Shown here: positions 1 through 11,693 of the stretch, piece by piece
Position numbering within the stretch: the first letter of the stretch is position 1
How the letters are laid out: each line of letters starts with the position of its first letter
Assembly (NCBI GenBank): GCA_900088475.1
Contig: FLMG01003878.1
Span: 1 to 34,503, forward strand
Length of the DNA stretch: 34,503 nt
Direction of reading: 5' to 3'
Source: Hyphochytrium catenoides
Lineage: Eukaryota > Protista > Hyphochytriomycota
Translations under genes and position numbers: made by a program
Notes under the pieces: generated by a model
Databases searched by the model: none
Told to the model about the DNA's origin: nothing
The model's input: only the letters and a program-made list of their open reading frames with translations

Positions 1-47
1 ATCGGAAAAAATTCTGCACCGCCTGACGCAAAAACCTAAACAAAAAA

Positions 48-75
48 GCTTCGCCCTTCGGGCTCGCCAACTAGT
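48..75 (+). mobile_element. Probable Helitron 3' terminus (GC-rich hairpin followed by CTAG^T); the element body would lie upstream of the window
   Basis: GCTTCGCCCTTCGGGCTCGC (48-67) has a GCCC-TTC-GGGC stem-loop core, followed a few nt later by CTAG (71-74) and T (75). Hairpin + CTRR + T is the canonical Helitron 3' signature. Confidence 0.45.
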
Positions 76-1325
76 TAGTCGGTCTTGTTGAGTCTTGTAG
101 GAGGAAAGGAGACAAAAACGAGACCCTGACACAAGTCGACGGAAAGACCAGCTATTTTTATGGAGAGGACGAAAGGCAGCAAAAGCAGCAGAAGAGAGAG
201 CCAGGCTTTAGGTTTAGTTCTATTTTGTTGGTCAGGTGGTTGCAACTTTTATTAGCAGCGAATAGATGAGAATTAAGAATAGGGTGGAGTAGTAGAGTAG
301 TAGACCACAGCAGAAGAGGACCAAACAGGGGACAAGAGAAGAAGAGGAGGCTGTAGGGCCTTTATATTCCTTACGAGATGGGCTTACGGGATGGATGGAC
401 TACGGGGTAAGAAGAAGAGCGAATGTGTAAAATAATGGTGGCAGTAAAGTCACAATGACGGAGCTCAAGAATGAGGCATCGTGGGTAGATGTGGAATTCT
501 GCTGGAGAACGCAGTCAAGACAAGGATAATAATAGAGGGAGGATGCTGGAATGTGATCTTTTCCTCTGTCTTGGTTGCTGTTGGCTACGATGGCATTGTG
601 CTGCTGTTTCGAAGAAAAGAGTCGCGTTGAGAAGAACCTGGAACCTTCCAAAAGTATCAAAGTGGGACGAAGAAGGAAGCGATCCAGCATTGGTGAGACG
701 AACGCGCACAATCCTGGCGGGTAAGGGGCCTTATTGTCTTGGACGAAGGGGCAAGGGTCAGAACTTGCTTCACGTGAGGAACACGACGAGGCATTGTATG
801 AGGCAATGGTTCTTTTTGGTGGTGGCTCCATTAGTGTGACATCATCCAATAAAGGCTGCCCCCGCCACCACTGCTGTCTCTTGAATTGTGTCGCAATAGC
901 CAGGACTGTAGACTGGATTTAAACCGAGGACAGAGGACTTAGCCACAGCCCCAAGGTAGAAGGGTGTGAGGAATGGTAGCAATGCTCCTCCCTGACCTTC
1001 TCGGTCTGACTAATATCAGCTAGTAGGAAGATACTATATAGTGTCCAATCTCTCTTTATCCATGTCTAAAGAACCTTCGTTCCAATCTACTTCTGTCAAT
1101 TCCTAGCGCCTCCACCTCAGACATCTTTCTAAGCCTTGCTTAGGACACCCATCCTTCCTGGCGCCCTTCTCGCCCTCTTCCTTTGCTTCTTCACCGCAAG
1201 TCTCCCTTCATCATCGTAGTCCTATATGTTCTCTAAAGACAAAGAATGCACAGTGATTCTTCTTGGCACAACAGTCACACGCCGCCGCTCGTCCCAGTAC
1301 TTTGTCCCTTTCCATTTCACGTGCC

Positions 1326-1379
1326 AACCTGCCACAATGTCTCTCGCTAACCTGCCACAATGTCTCTCGCTAACCTGCC
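1326..1379. repeat. 23-bp tandem duplication (about 2.3 copies)
   Basis: AACCTGCCACAATGTCTCTCGCT occurs twice exactly, followed by a partial copy AACCTGCC. Confidence 0.95.
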
Positions 1380-1733
1380 TGCTCTTTCTCCATTCTTTCA
1401 TTGCCCATGACCCATCACCCTCAATTAGAATCCCAGCATCCAGGATGAACTGTACGTTTCTCTCTGTCTCTCTTCTCGCGCGGTCTGGGTAGTGCATTGT
1501 TCCTTCTTTCACGTCATGGGAGGAACAAGACCACCATGTTGCACATACTGCCCACATTGATTGTGGACCCATCTATCGGACCGTGAGAGTGGACAGTCAG
1601 TCGTCAGCAATGCATATCATGCAGGATTCCTCTGTCTAATCTACAATTTGATGTGTTCGGCCTGACTATTGGTAATCCAAGATGACGTGGCAATAAGTGG
1701 AGATTAAACAAAAGAGGTACCTAACCGTTGTAG

Positions 1734-2224
1734 GTGATGAGAGAGGCACAGACAAGGTCATTCACGGGGTCTCAATCCCTGGCAAGTCCCTCGTTCTTCT
1801 TCCGACGGTGTTCCCGACCTACCGTTCCCTCCTCATGCTTAGACATAGCGTCGACACCCAAAACTGGCCTTTGAAAGCCTTGCTGACCTGCCATTTCACC
1901 CTTCAGGGATGCCGTTGTAATATAGGAACTGGGAATCGCGCCTGTCCTATTGGGGTCCATGCGCTCCCGTCGGATGTTTGACCTACGGTCAAGGAGGCTT
2001 ATTACGAGCAATAGCAAGCTTGCTGGAAAAATTATGGTATATGACTTGCACGCCGATGCTGCTGCATGCTGCTTGCCGCCTCTTCCGCCACATCCTGCAC
2101 TTCCCTCCTGCACTTCGGAAATAACAAAAGCAATTGATGTGCAGAGGTTGGCAGCAAAGGACGCAAAGAGTACAGGTGGATGGCAAGAAGAAGTGCTGGC
2201 AGTGCATGAGAGAGACATCAGAGA
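1734..2224 (+). pseudogene. Possible decayed exon of an unidentified gene
   Basis: Bounded by CTAAC...TAG (branch point and acceptor) and GTAAGA (donor). The frame is GC3-rich (GTDKVIHGVSIPGKSLVLLPTVFPTYRSLL...) and has later in-frame stops. No domain recognised. Confidence 0.25.
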
Positions 2225-2529
2225 GTAAGAACAGAGTAGTGGCACTGTGAGTCAGAGGTCAGCTAACCTCTTCCTCACTTCCCGTCTTTCTGGTTCTGAG
2301 CCAACATTGGGCAGCAGCTACTAGCCCGCTCCACGCCTGGCAGCATCTTCTTACCTTGCGCTTCTCCCTAATTGTCTCTACCAGCTTATGCTAAAGCAGG
2401 GTGCCAGTTTTAGGACAGACTGTGAGTCTGTGCGAGTGAGTTCCATTATTTATTATTGGAGGCCCATTTGAGGCTGCGCGAAATCATCACGACGCCAGTG
2501 CCGGGGCGACGTATCCTGTTTCTTCGAAG

Positions 2530-3923
2530 ATGTCTCATACTAAGAGGATGAAAGAAGACACAGATACCGGGAAAGAGTGGGTCAGAAAGAGAAGACGATC
2601 ATTGCACAATGAGAGGGAAAAGCTAAGGGTGAGAGGAATAACAGAAGCATTCGACGCATTACGGTTGCAGTTGGCGGCAATGGGGACGGAACCCACCGGA
2701 GCCATCTTTCCATACTCGTGGAAACTCTACAGATGATTCAAAACATGGCTGAGACAGTTATAAGTCTACAGAGAGAGGTGCAGCATCAGAATCAACAAGG
2801 ACGGGCTCCGGAACGAACGACAACAGCAGCCACCAGTCTGCCGTCTCAGTCAGAGGGTGAGGGCAGGACTAAGAAGACGGCACAACGACTTCCGTTGCCA
2901 TCCTCCGTTATCGGCTTTTCACCCAGCAGCGAGAAGAGCTGTCTTCTTTCCTCTAGTAGCATGCATCGAAGCCTAACAACCTTCAGTAACACCACCCAGA
3001 ATGACGAAATCTCTATCAGAAGGCAGGAACGAGTTGAATGTCAGAGAAAGGATCCGGATCATCTTGGAAGTGCTATCGACGAACGGAAAACAGATGCCGG
3101 GAGCTGGGATTACGCACAGGAAGCTGCACAGAAGGGAGTATCGTTTGTACCGTCAGTTGAGTCATTTACAAGAAAGGTTAGTCAGGAGATGCAAGAGAAG
3201 AGCTTCCGGCTGATCGTGGTCCCTAGCTTAGAAGAAGAAGATGAAACACAACCAAGAGAAGACGACAACAGAAGCCTGACAACCGAGCAGTTAGCCGGGA
3301 TAAATGACGAAGGGACATTCACTGACTGCAGTTGTGGGTTGTTGAGTTGTGCCATGATGACGACCGCTTATTCTGTTCACTACGAGCATCAACCGACTGG
3401 AATGTCGATGAGCAGTCGCAGTGTGACGGGCGAACCAGAAATCCGGCATGCAGACAAGCTCTCGCGTCTCTTCTCTCCCTGTGTATCCTCCTATCATTCT
3501 CTATTTGGGGAAGTTGTAGATCTGTTTCCAGCAACTCCCGCTGCTGCCACGGCTGGAGGCCAATCTCCTTTACAGTTCCCCAGTCATAGAAGTAGCGCTG
3601 GCATTCCAACAACAGTGGCCCATCAGCTGGTGACATCATCCATCATTAGTCGGCAGCCGCAATATTGTTTACCAGCATTTGGTATCAGCGGCGACAATAG
3701 TTCTTCTGAGAGCAGCTTTCAGTGCCTTGAGAACCGGATTGAGGCGATCACTGCCAAGGGTCCAACAATGGGCTTAGTTTCAGTGCCATTCCTCAACGGA
3801 GAGAGTTCTACTACGACGGTGGAGAGCGAAGGCCAACTGTCATGCTTGTTACCAAGCACTAATATAGCGGCCCAGATCGCGACTGGTGGTGGAGAAGATC
3901 AAGCAACCGTCGCGTGGTGGTAA
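2530..3923 (+). CDS. bHLH transcription factor paralogue 1, about 464 aa after restoring one base near 2682-2685 (frameshifted as assembled: sequencing error or young pseudogene)
   Basis: ORF 2530-2736 encodes the basic region and helix 1 (KRRRSLHNEREKLRVRGITEAFDALRLQL). The -1 frame continues DGTHRSHLSILVETLQMIQNMAETVISLQREV (loop and helix 2), which aligns without gaps to paralogue 2 (YGSPHSQQSVLTKTIEMVQDMKYTIFCLRSEL). A long Ser-rich tail follows, ending at TAA 3923. Confidence 0.85.
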
Positions 3924-5517
3924 ACGTTCCCATTGCTGATTCTTGAGAATATAAACTAGGAACAAAGACAGACTAGGAACAACCGGCTGTATCTATAAAG
4001 AAGTAAGAATGCACTGCTATGAGCGAGCCAAGCAACCACGACACTTAAAGAACTACATACTGATTGACCATTTTCAATAACTCTAGCTGATGAGCTATCT
4101 GATAATAATCTGGGACAGCATGATAGCAGAAGCCCTTGTCGCACTCACCCTTCGTACATGACGCGAGTAAAAAAATTTTTTCTTGAAACATATAGGTCAT
4201 GGAGGGCAAGGCTACTATCATCTATGGAGTAATGAAAACGAGAAGAAAGTAAGGGAGAAATTTGTTGAGGACGCCTGCTAAATGCGAATGTTTAGCGTCA
4301 TCCCTCAGCTCCAAGGAGTGTACGGGGTAAAGGAGGAAGCGAGGCGTACTGCGAGCGCTTTTGATTATTTGATACGCTGCTGGTCGCCTCCTCAGCAGAT
4401 AGCTTGCCGATATGCTTTACGATTATTCGCATCTCTATTTATAAATAATGAATCGATGATGAGTAGAAACTCGGTAACAGAAGGGCAGAGTAAGAGAAGA
4501 ATTAGCCTTGTTTTCTGTCTCCTTCTGGAGTGACCTCCTTGGGCCGCATCGCCATGATGGTATGCGGGGACTCCACACTTCATCATGATTCTGCTAAGTA
4601 GCACCGAGAAGTAATCAGTGCAGATCCCCCGCTTCACGCGAGGAAAGGCTACTATTTGCAGATATTCTACCAACAAAAGCAATGCTTCTGCTCTTCTTAT
4701 TAGCACCGTACGATGACTTATCCTATGGATGTGATACCGTTGATTTGCTGCTGGGAGAAGAAGGGAGAGGAGAAAGACGAAGGCAGAGAAGCAGCATGAG
4801 GAAGAAGCTGTAAACAACTAAGTCACGTCTTCTCTACTACTTCCATCAGTCAATCCAAGCAGAAAGTTATCCTTGGTAGTCACTTTACATGGCACAAGAC
4901 GACGTACTACGGATCTTCGCGTCATCATCATCTTCAACCTTGCAGTGCTATTAGTTACTGGTTCTCATTCATCACGAAAGTCCTAGCTGGTACAAAGTCA
5001 TAATAACTTTCGTTCTTACAAGTTATCGGGAACATGAGGGTGATGGTGAGGTCAAGAAAGGCGAAGCAGGCGGGAGGGGGAAGACGAGGAGGGTGCCAGC
5101 AGGTGACGATGGAGCGGGAAGTCAATGGCCCAGTAGTGACTCATGACAGTTCCTGTCCTCAGCAATCACCCACAGCAGCAGCAGTAGCAGCAGCAGGAGG
5201 TACATAAGTGGCTCAGAGTGAGTGGATTTCTGTCAAGGCAAGTAACCGCCCTGCTTGGCACTGTCTTTATCACCGCACGACGTCAGAGATCAATCATGTG
5301 CTGCTGCACTCGCCTTCCAACCTATAGTGGTATTACAGGCAACGTGAGGACAGAAACAGAAGAACGGCCGTCAAAGCATTTTAGCAGTAGCTACTAGCCC
5401 TCCCTACTACTCCGTCGTCTAGAACTATAGCCTCAGAGGTACTAGAAGAGGCCACGTTATGTACAGTGGCACCCTGTTGAGCCTACCTAAACTCATTCGC
5501 TCATCATTGGATGAGAC

Positions 5518-7040
5518 GTGCAAAAGAGGAGGGAGAGAAGAAGTAGAGGTCATAAGTCAAAAGAGCCTGCTGCTGTTTGCATACTCCAGCAAATACACCT
5601 ACAAACCAACAATCGCGACACATACTATACCACCACCATAGCGTGTCCAGCAGCGGTGATGCTACAATTTGGGACCTTGCATACACTTGTCAGCCATGCA
5701 TAAGCGTCTGACCCCAATGACGGACAGCAGCAGGAGGTGGGGCTAGAAACTACTGGATGTGGGACATGTGCAGCCTCTTCTATGAAACTAACCGGTAAGC
5801 GACAATCTCCGGCAAGCAGTCATTTTCGTCCTCCAGCTGTTAACATATCTTCCGAGCCTTTTAGCCTTTTCCTTCTCCGTCTTTGCCACTGACGACGACC
5901 ATACAAGGAAGAGGTTCGCCGTCATGCTCGGTACACAAGCCGTTCCCTGTCCCAACAGCAAAAAGCAATGCGTCTTCTTCTATGGTCGAAGGCGAAGAGG
6001 AGAGAGGGAGGAATCTTGGTATCTCCCAACAACAAACCTTACATGTAGAAGAAGAAGAAGCACGCAGCAGTCACGCAGCAGTCTATTATCCACCAGCGGG
6101 TGATAGAGACAATGCATCTCCTCTCTCCTCTGCAACACCATCTTCAGCGACAAAGGAGCCTGCACCATTGTTTCAGGGTAGGTGACGGCTCAAAACAGTC
6201 GCAGTACACATCGAAGTAGGAAGGAGGACGAGCCATCATAGAAGAACCAGTTTTAACAGAGATCCGGTTGTTCTGGCAAAGACACGTCAACCACAAAGCT
6301 ACGCCGCCGGAAAGTAGTACTCCGTATTAAGATTTTTGCCGCGATCATCGGTGTCTTCTTCTGCTCCTTGACATCACTCCTTACTTGTCGTGAAAGGAGG
6401 GCAACAAGATGACTCCATACAATCCCATAATGGGACGAGAAGAAGAAGGTGGAAGAAAGCATCAACTAAGTTCCCTAGGACCATCAGTGGTGTATCACCA
6501 CCGGTCGACAGAGCAGCACAGCCGTTCAGCTGCTGGGTGGTGAAAGTGATCTATACAAAGAAGAAAAGAAGAAAGGATCCTTGCCAAAAAAGCCAGTGTA
6601 CCTGTACAAGCTCAAGATGAGTAAGAAGCATGTGCTTGTTCCCAACAGCGAGGACCACCACCAGGAATTCCTTAGATTGCCAGGAGACATTCCTGTCTGC
6701 GATGCGGTGAAATGGGCTCAACATCGAATGTTAATTAATTGTTTATACATGTCTTCCCAGAAGTGTCATTCACACCAGCAGCACCCGTCCCTATTCAGCA
6801 GCAGCGAGCGGTAGTGGATGCATAAGTCTAAACGCTGCGCGACTCGCGTTAGGAAGGAGAGAATAGATGAGTGATGGATGCTAGACTTATGCTCCAAACG
6901 CAACCGAGCAGCATGAAGCTGAGGATTTAGACCCACAAAGAAAGTTTTCCTCAAGAAGTCTAAGGAGTTTCCCAGTTCTTGATCTCCTGGAAACAAATCC
7001 AAAGCCGCTTCTACTTGGCTTTCTCAATCACTTATCCTAA
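5518..7040 (+). pseudogene. Possible decayed gene of unknown function
   Basis: A chain of protein-like + frames separated by single stops or frameshifts (ASDPNDGQQQEVG..., PLTTTIQGRGSPS..., PKKPVYLYKLKMSKKHVLVPNSEDHHQEFLRLPGDIPVCDAVKWAQHR). No domain recognised. Confidence 0.25.
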
Positions 7041-8171
7041 CTTTAGTGACGAGCTGAGCATCCTTCAGGAGAAGACGGATCTCAGCACCAGGAATGATAG
7101 GGGAAGAAAATGGGCGGAGGAGCAGTATGTCCTCTTGGTCAGGACCTGCCTGCTGTGAGTTGTCATGGTCGGTGTCCTTTCCTCGCCACCATGTTCAAGC
7201 CTCTCCTACTACTTGGTAAGCCACGATCTATGAGATGCTCCTCCTCTCTTCTTTGTCATCCGTTCAGTTGGCCGATGGAAAGAGAACAGCTGCACTAAAC
7301 TCCTTCTTGCCGCGCTGATAGGTAGGTGGCAGGCTATCATTCCGGGAAAGTTGGATATCTTCAGACGATTGCTGTCTTATGTGCCAATGTTGGCTGATCA
7401 AAAAGATCAGAAGAGAAAAGAAGAAGGGCAACTAAGAGTGCAACTTAATGTTTATTTTTATTTGTAAAAAAAGAATAGCGAAAACCTACACTCCTCGGGC
7501 TAGGTTACGTCATGAAGAGCACTTACCCAATGATCCCCTTTCCTTCATCACCGTTTTTTGCCGACCCATAGAGAGAAAGCGGCAACAATGGAGGCGACGC
7601 CTGACGACCATTTGGCCATTCGGCAGAGGACCGTCTTCTTGTGATATTTTTTCTTCTTGCCCCGCCTCCTGTCGTGATTGCTCATCCATATCGCTGCGTT
7701 GGGGACCCCCTCGCCTAACAGATTGTCAACCAGGGGGTGAATTAGCCTGTACTGCAGATTAGTAGGTATAAACAAGATATCTTTCTTCGCTTCTGACGAG
7801 AGTATAAGAAGCCGCCCGCTGAGCTCTCTTTCTATCATGCGCATCATTCATACTCTTGAGGGAGGCTACGATTGACTCTTAAAGCGCATTTAGAGGTCAG
7901 TTGCCTTAAGGGAAGAGTAGATAAGGGAGCCCTTTGCGCATCTCTCTCTTCCCTCAGGGAGATCGTCTTCTTCGTCTCATCACAAACCATACGCTGAAGC
8001 GATATTGCTAATGGCATAAACTTCATTGTTAGCGAAGCACGCTGTGACTCCACAGGGACCCTAAATGCTCGATAGACTATTGCGAGAAGAGAGGCACATA
8101 TTGAGTAAACCTCTGCGTAGTCCATAAAGAAGTGAAGCTGAAGTCCATTAGACATTGCACAAGATTCAAGC

Positions 8172-9563
8172 ATGCCAAGCAACAGGAAGAGACAAAATGT
8201 GGACCCTACTGATCCCAAATATCTTCAGAAGAAGCGTCATTTGCATAATGACAGAGAAAAGAGGAGGGTTCGAAGCATCGCAGAAGCTTTTAGTACTCTA
8301 CGGCTGATGGTCGCCTCTTTGGGCTATGGTAGCCCTCATAGTCAACAATCGGTCCTTACAAAGACAATTGAAATGGTGCAGGACATGAAGTACACCATAT
8401 TTTGTCTAAGGAGCGAGTTACTAACGCGTTCATGGTTGCCGGTCTCTCGTTCTTCAAGTGAGGAAGTACTATCTACTATGGTCATAGATGGTTGCAGTAT
8501 ACATCCCGCCGGTGACCTTGACGTTGTCAGCCACCTTGAAAAGACGAAAGATGCTCCTCAGAAGGAAGAAGAGCGAGACACTCATATTTCCGAGCCCGCT
8601 TATTCACATTACTCTCAAGCAAATACAGCTCCAGCAAGCTTCCACTATCATCCGAAGGAAGTTTACAGGATCTTTAAGCAACATCGACAACCAGAGGAGA
8701 AAGACAAAGAAAAGACGATGCGTATGATGGACTCGGGTAAATCTCTCAATGAAGTTATCAGTCATATAACGTTCCAGGCAACAAGGTTGCCAAAACCGAC
8801 AACTCCTGACAGGCAAGTGGAACAGGACAACATTCATGCCAGTGCCGTTGACATGGCGGCTTTGAGTGAGCAAGCAGATGGACTGCTGCTCTCAGCGTTA
8901 ACGGAGGAAGACATCCCAGATTTTGTTGATTGTGGTTCCCGCTCGACAATTCTGGAGGCAGCGCCAGTTAGCGTAGGGCTAGGGAGTATTGGCACTCCTA
9001 CGTCAATTTCCCACACGGGAGCGACGACATGGAGAGAGATGCCTAGAAGTTATCAGAGTTCTGCCTCGGATGACAGTTTCGGAGGATGGCTATCCAGCTG
9101 CGGTCCACCCACCACTGCTTGCCGCCTCCAGAAACTTGTATCCTTGGGAGAGATATCTGGCAACAAAGTAACGATCAGAGACAAGTTGACGTCTCTTGAC
9201 CCATCACCGGCGGACGTCTTGACATGCGAAGCCCATCAGAACCTAGTACCCCCAGATCAACCAATTCCAATAGCTCCCTTTTCAAATAGCTCTTCTGCTC
9301 ACTGGTCAACAGCCCTGCAGCCAGTTCCAAGCATTTGCGCTGATCCAGCTACTGCAAATGCTTTCATCACGCGGCCACCATTGCCTCCTCCTCTACACTC
9401 TCCTTCATTGTCGTCAATAGTACCAAATCATAACCCTGCTGATGCGCTACTGCATAAGAGTTCAGCAGCACATACTCCTGAAGAAAGTTACCGCCGTCTT
9501 CGCGCGCAGTCAATGGTATCATCAGGGCCGTTCTTCGAGTCTTTCGAACCAGCTTTATTTTGA
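8172..9563 (+). CDS. bHLH transcription factor paralogue 2 (463 aa, intronless)
   Basis: Intact ATG-to-TGA ORF. The N-terminal KKRHLHNDREKRRVRSIAEAFSTLRLMV-loop-SVLTKTIEMVQDMKYTIFCLRSELL fits basic-helix-loop-helix plus a short zipper-like extension. The C-terminus is Ser/Pro-rich and low complexity. Confidence 0.9.
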   Translation: MPSNRKRQNVDPTDPKYLQKKRHLHNDREKRRVRSIAEAFSTLRLMVASLGYGSPHSQQSVLTKTIEMVQDMKYTIFCLRSELLTRSWLPVSRSSSEEVLSTMVIDGCSIHPAGDLDVVSHLEKTKDAPQKEEERDTHISEPAYSHYSQANTAPASFHYHPKEVYRIFKQHRQPEEKDKEKTMRMMDSGKSLNEVISHITFQATRLPKPTTPDRQVEQDNIHASAVDMAALSEQADGLLLSALTEEDIPDFVDCGSRSTILEAAPVSVGLGSIGTPTSISHTGATTWREMPRSYQSSASDDSFGGWLSSCGPPTTACRLQKLVSLGEISGNKVTIRDKLTSLDPSPADVLTCEAHQNLVPPDQPIPIAPFSNSSSAHWSTALQPVPSICADPATANAFITRPPLPPPLHSPSLSSIVPNHNPADALLHKSSAAHTPEESYRRLRAQSMVSSGPFFESFEPALF

Positions 9564-10864
9564 GTACTCTTTTGGTACAAGCATAATAGCATGGTCCCTC
9601 TCAGACATCCTAGTAGTCTACTTCTTCGCTGCTGATATATACTTATAAGAATGGAGTCATTGACTTGCAGCTGTGAGAGTAGTATGATATTTCTGCCTTC
9701 AGGAAATAACCCACTTTTCCGTCTTCATCTAGTCTCTTTATCGCGTTCTTCACAGTTCCTGCGTGAGCGTTTCCTCCGTAGTAGCAAAGGGCAAAGAGGA
9801 AAATTAATTAGAGTTTATGCAGAAGAGGTAAATGGGTATTGACAGGTAGGCAAAGAAAAACCAACAAGAGGAGGATTCGCAATATAGAGCCGCGATGATC
9901 CGTTATTATTGGTAGTACCTACCATCGGTCGACAATTGGATATAGAAGTATGGACTCTCTCTTTTAGAATATCGTGGGTACCGTCATAGCGGCGTTCTTG
10001 CCGCGAGGACTTAGCTTGGATCGGCTGTGGCAAGGTAGCTTGCCGTGTCAACTGCTGGCAGCACTATAAGTGGTAATTGAATAGACCCATGTAGCAGCTG
10101 GGCTGTGTGTTGTTATGCAGTAAGCCAATAATAAAGTAGGGAGAACGGCATCATCCAAAATGCAGAGGTAAAGCCGAATGCGAACCGTGCGACATTCATT
10201 AGCCGCCGACGTCATCTGACACCGTCGTCGCCATTGATAAGGCTTCTTATTGACTCCAACCTATTCGTATTGTGAGAGAAGGAGGAGCAGCTTTCTTCCA
10301 AGAAGGCGGCAGCTACTAAATAAACGTACTTTCGCCTGACAAAGGCGCAAAGGTAGTATAAGACGAACAAACATGATGGCTTGGCGCAAGAGATGGTGGG
10401 AGGAAGAAATCTTGCCTTGAAAGGCGGATGATTCAATAATAACAGTATCATCCTCCTCTTGGCACGGATAAGAGGACTGACTAGAAGAAGACGTTTATAA
10501 AAGGTTGGTGCGATAATAACAAAATATACTACTACTGGCGGTAAGGGTGTGCTGGCAAGGTAAGATGCTTCGTATTCAGCCGTATCCTAGATCTCCTTCA
10601 TATGATCCTCCACTGACCGCACTCTGCCCTTCCCCGTGTTGGATGCTTACCAACTCTACCCTCCAATTACCTGTCTGCTGGTGGGTACGTTCAGTCTTCC
10701 CCACTTTTCGAATTAGATGGTCAATTCCATGATGTCCACGAAGAGGAGAAAGTAGCGTCAGCTAGGTAGATGATTGATGCCTCTAACCAGGCTCTTTCTT
10801 CTCGGGGTGCTTGTTTCCTTACTATTTGTATGCGATAGGTGACAGTGGTGGGGAGAGGGAATAT

Positions 10865-11693
10865 CTATCGTTGAGGATGCTGCTGCTGTAATGTTGTGGT
10901 ACTAATGCTATAGCTTCCGGGAAGAAGTATAGCAGCGACAGCTGATAAGAACAGCAAATAGTCTGGGCCCGCTGGGAGAAAGCAGTTGCGATCCATGTTT
11001 TTCAGCTCTGTGGCTTCTCTTGTCAGGGTCAAGGTCTCCATCCCGCAGTCCCATGGAGAACCTTTTACTCTGATACTTCGTAAGCAATCCTCTCTACTAA
11101 TCCGTCCACAGCCATTCGTAACAAGAGATAGGGCGCCAACCCTTTCTAAGCATTCTGCTGACACCTCCAGCAGATTGTGTTCCGAAAGTATAGACTTGGG
11201 GACTGTACATGATGCTTGCGAAGAGGAACCCCCCCTGACACCTTTCAAGTCGTTTTGGTGAACATAGTAGCAGTCGGTAAGGTTCATGCCCGTGCGGCAG
11301 GTAGCAGCAAACGTCTGACAACTTCTTGTATAGAGCCTGCAGTCGGAGGCTCGAACAATAATCTCGTCGGCTACTTGGTCGAAAGTGAAGACCGCCCCAC
11401 AAGCTGTGAAGTCATTGTCGGCTCTTGATTGGCAACACAGGTCGCCCTCCTTATTCACTCCACCGAGCACGGTTCTTTCTGAGGAGGAGGACGAGTTTCA
11501 AGTCAGAGAAGAAGAAGTACTACTAACAAACAACAGCCTTACAGCTGCCCGGCCAAGGAGATGATGACACTGTATGGCACTTACCTCGTAGAGCTAATAA
11601 CATGAGAATAATAATAAGAAAGTCACTGCTCAGACGGGAGACAACAGAACAAGGGCTATAACGCATGCTGTTCATAGCCATCCTGACTGTCAT
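10865..11693 (-). CDS. Cys-rich secreted or membrane-anchored orphan protein (about 240 aa; exons 11693-11585 and 11478-10865)
   Basis: Donor AG|GTAAGT at 11584 and pyrimidine-rich acceptor CCTCCTCAG at 11479 are both phase 1. Splicing joins hydrophobic FLIIILMLLALR-E-RTVLG (signal-peptide-like) to an exon with 13 Cys, an N-L-T sequon and a C-terminal hydrophobic stretch YLLFLSAVAAILLP. The start could be a later ATG (11681, 11675 or 11666), and further 3' exons are possible. Confidence 0.7.
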
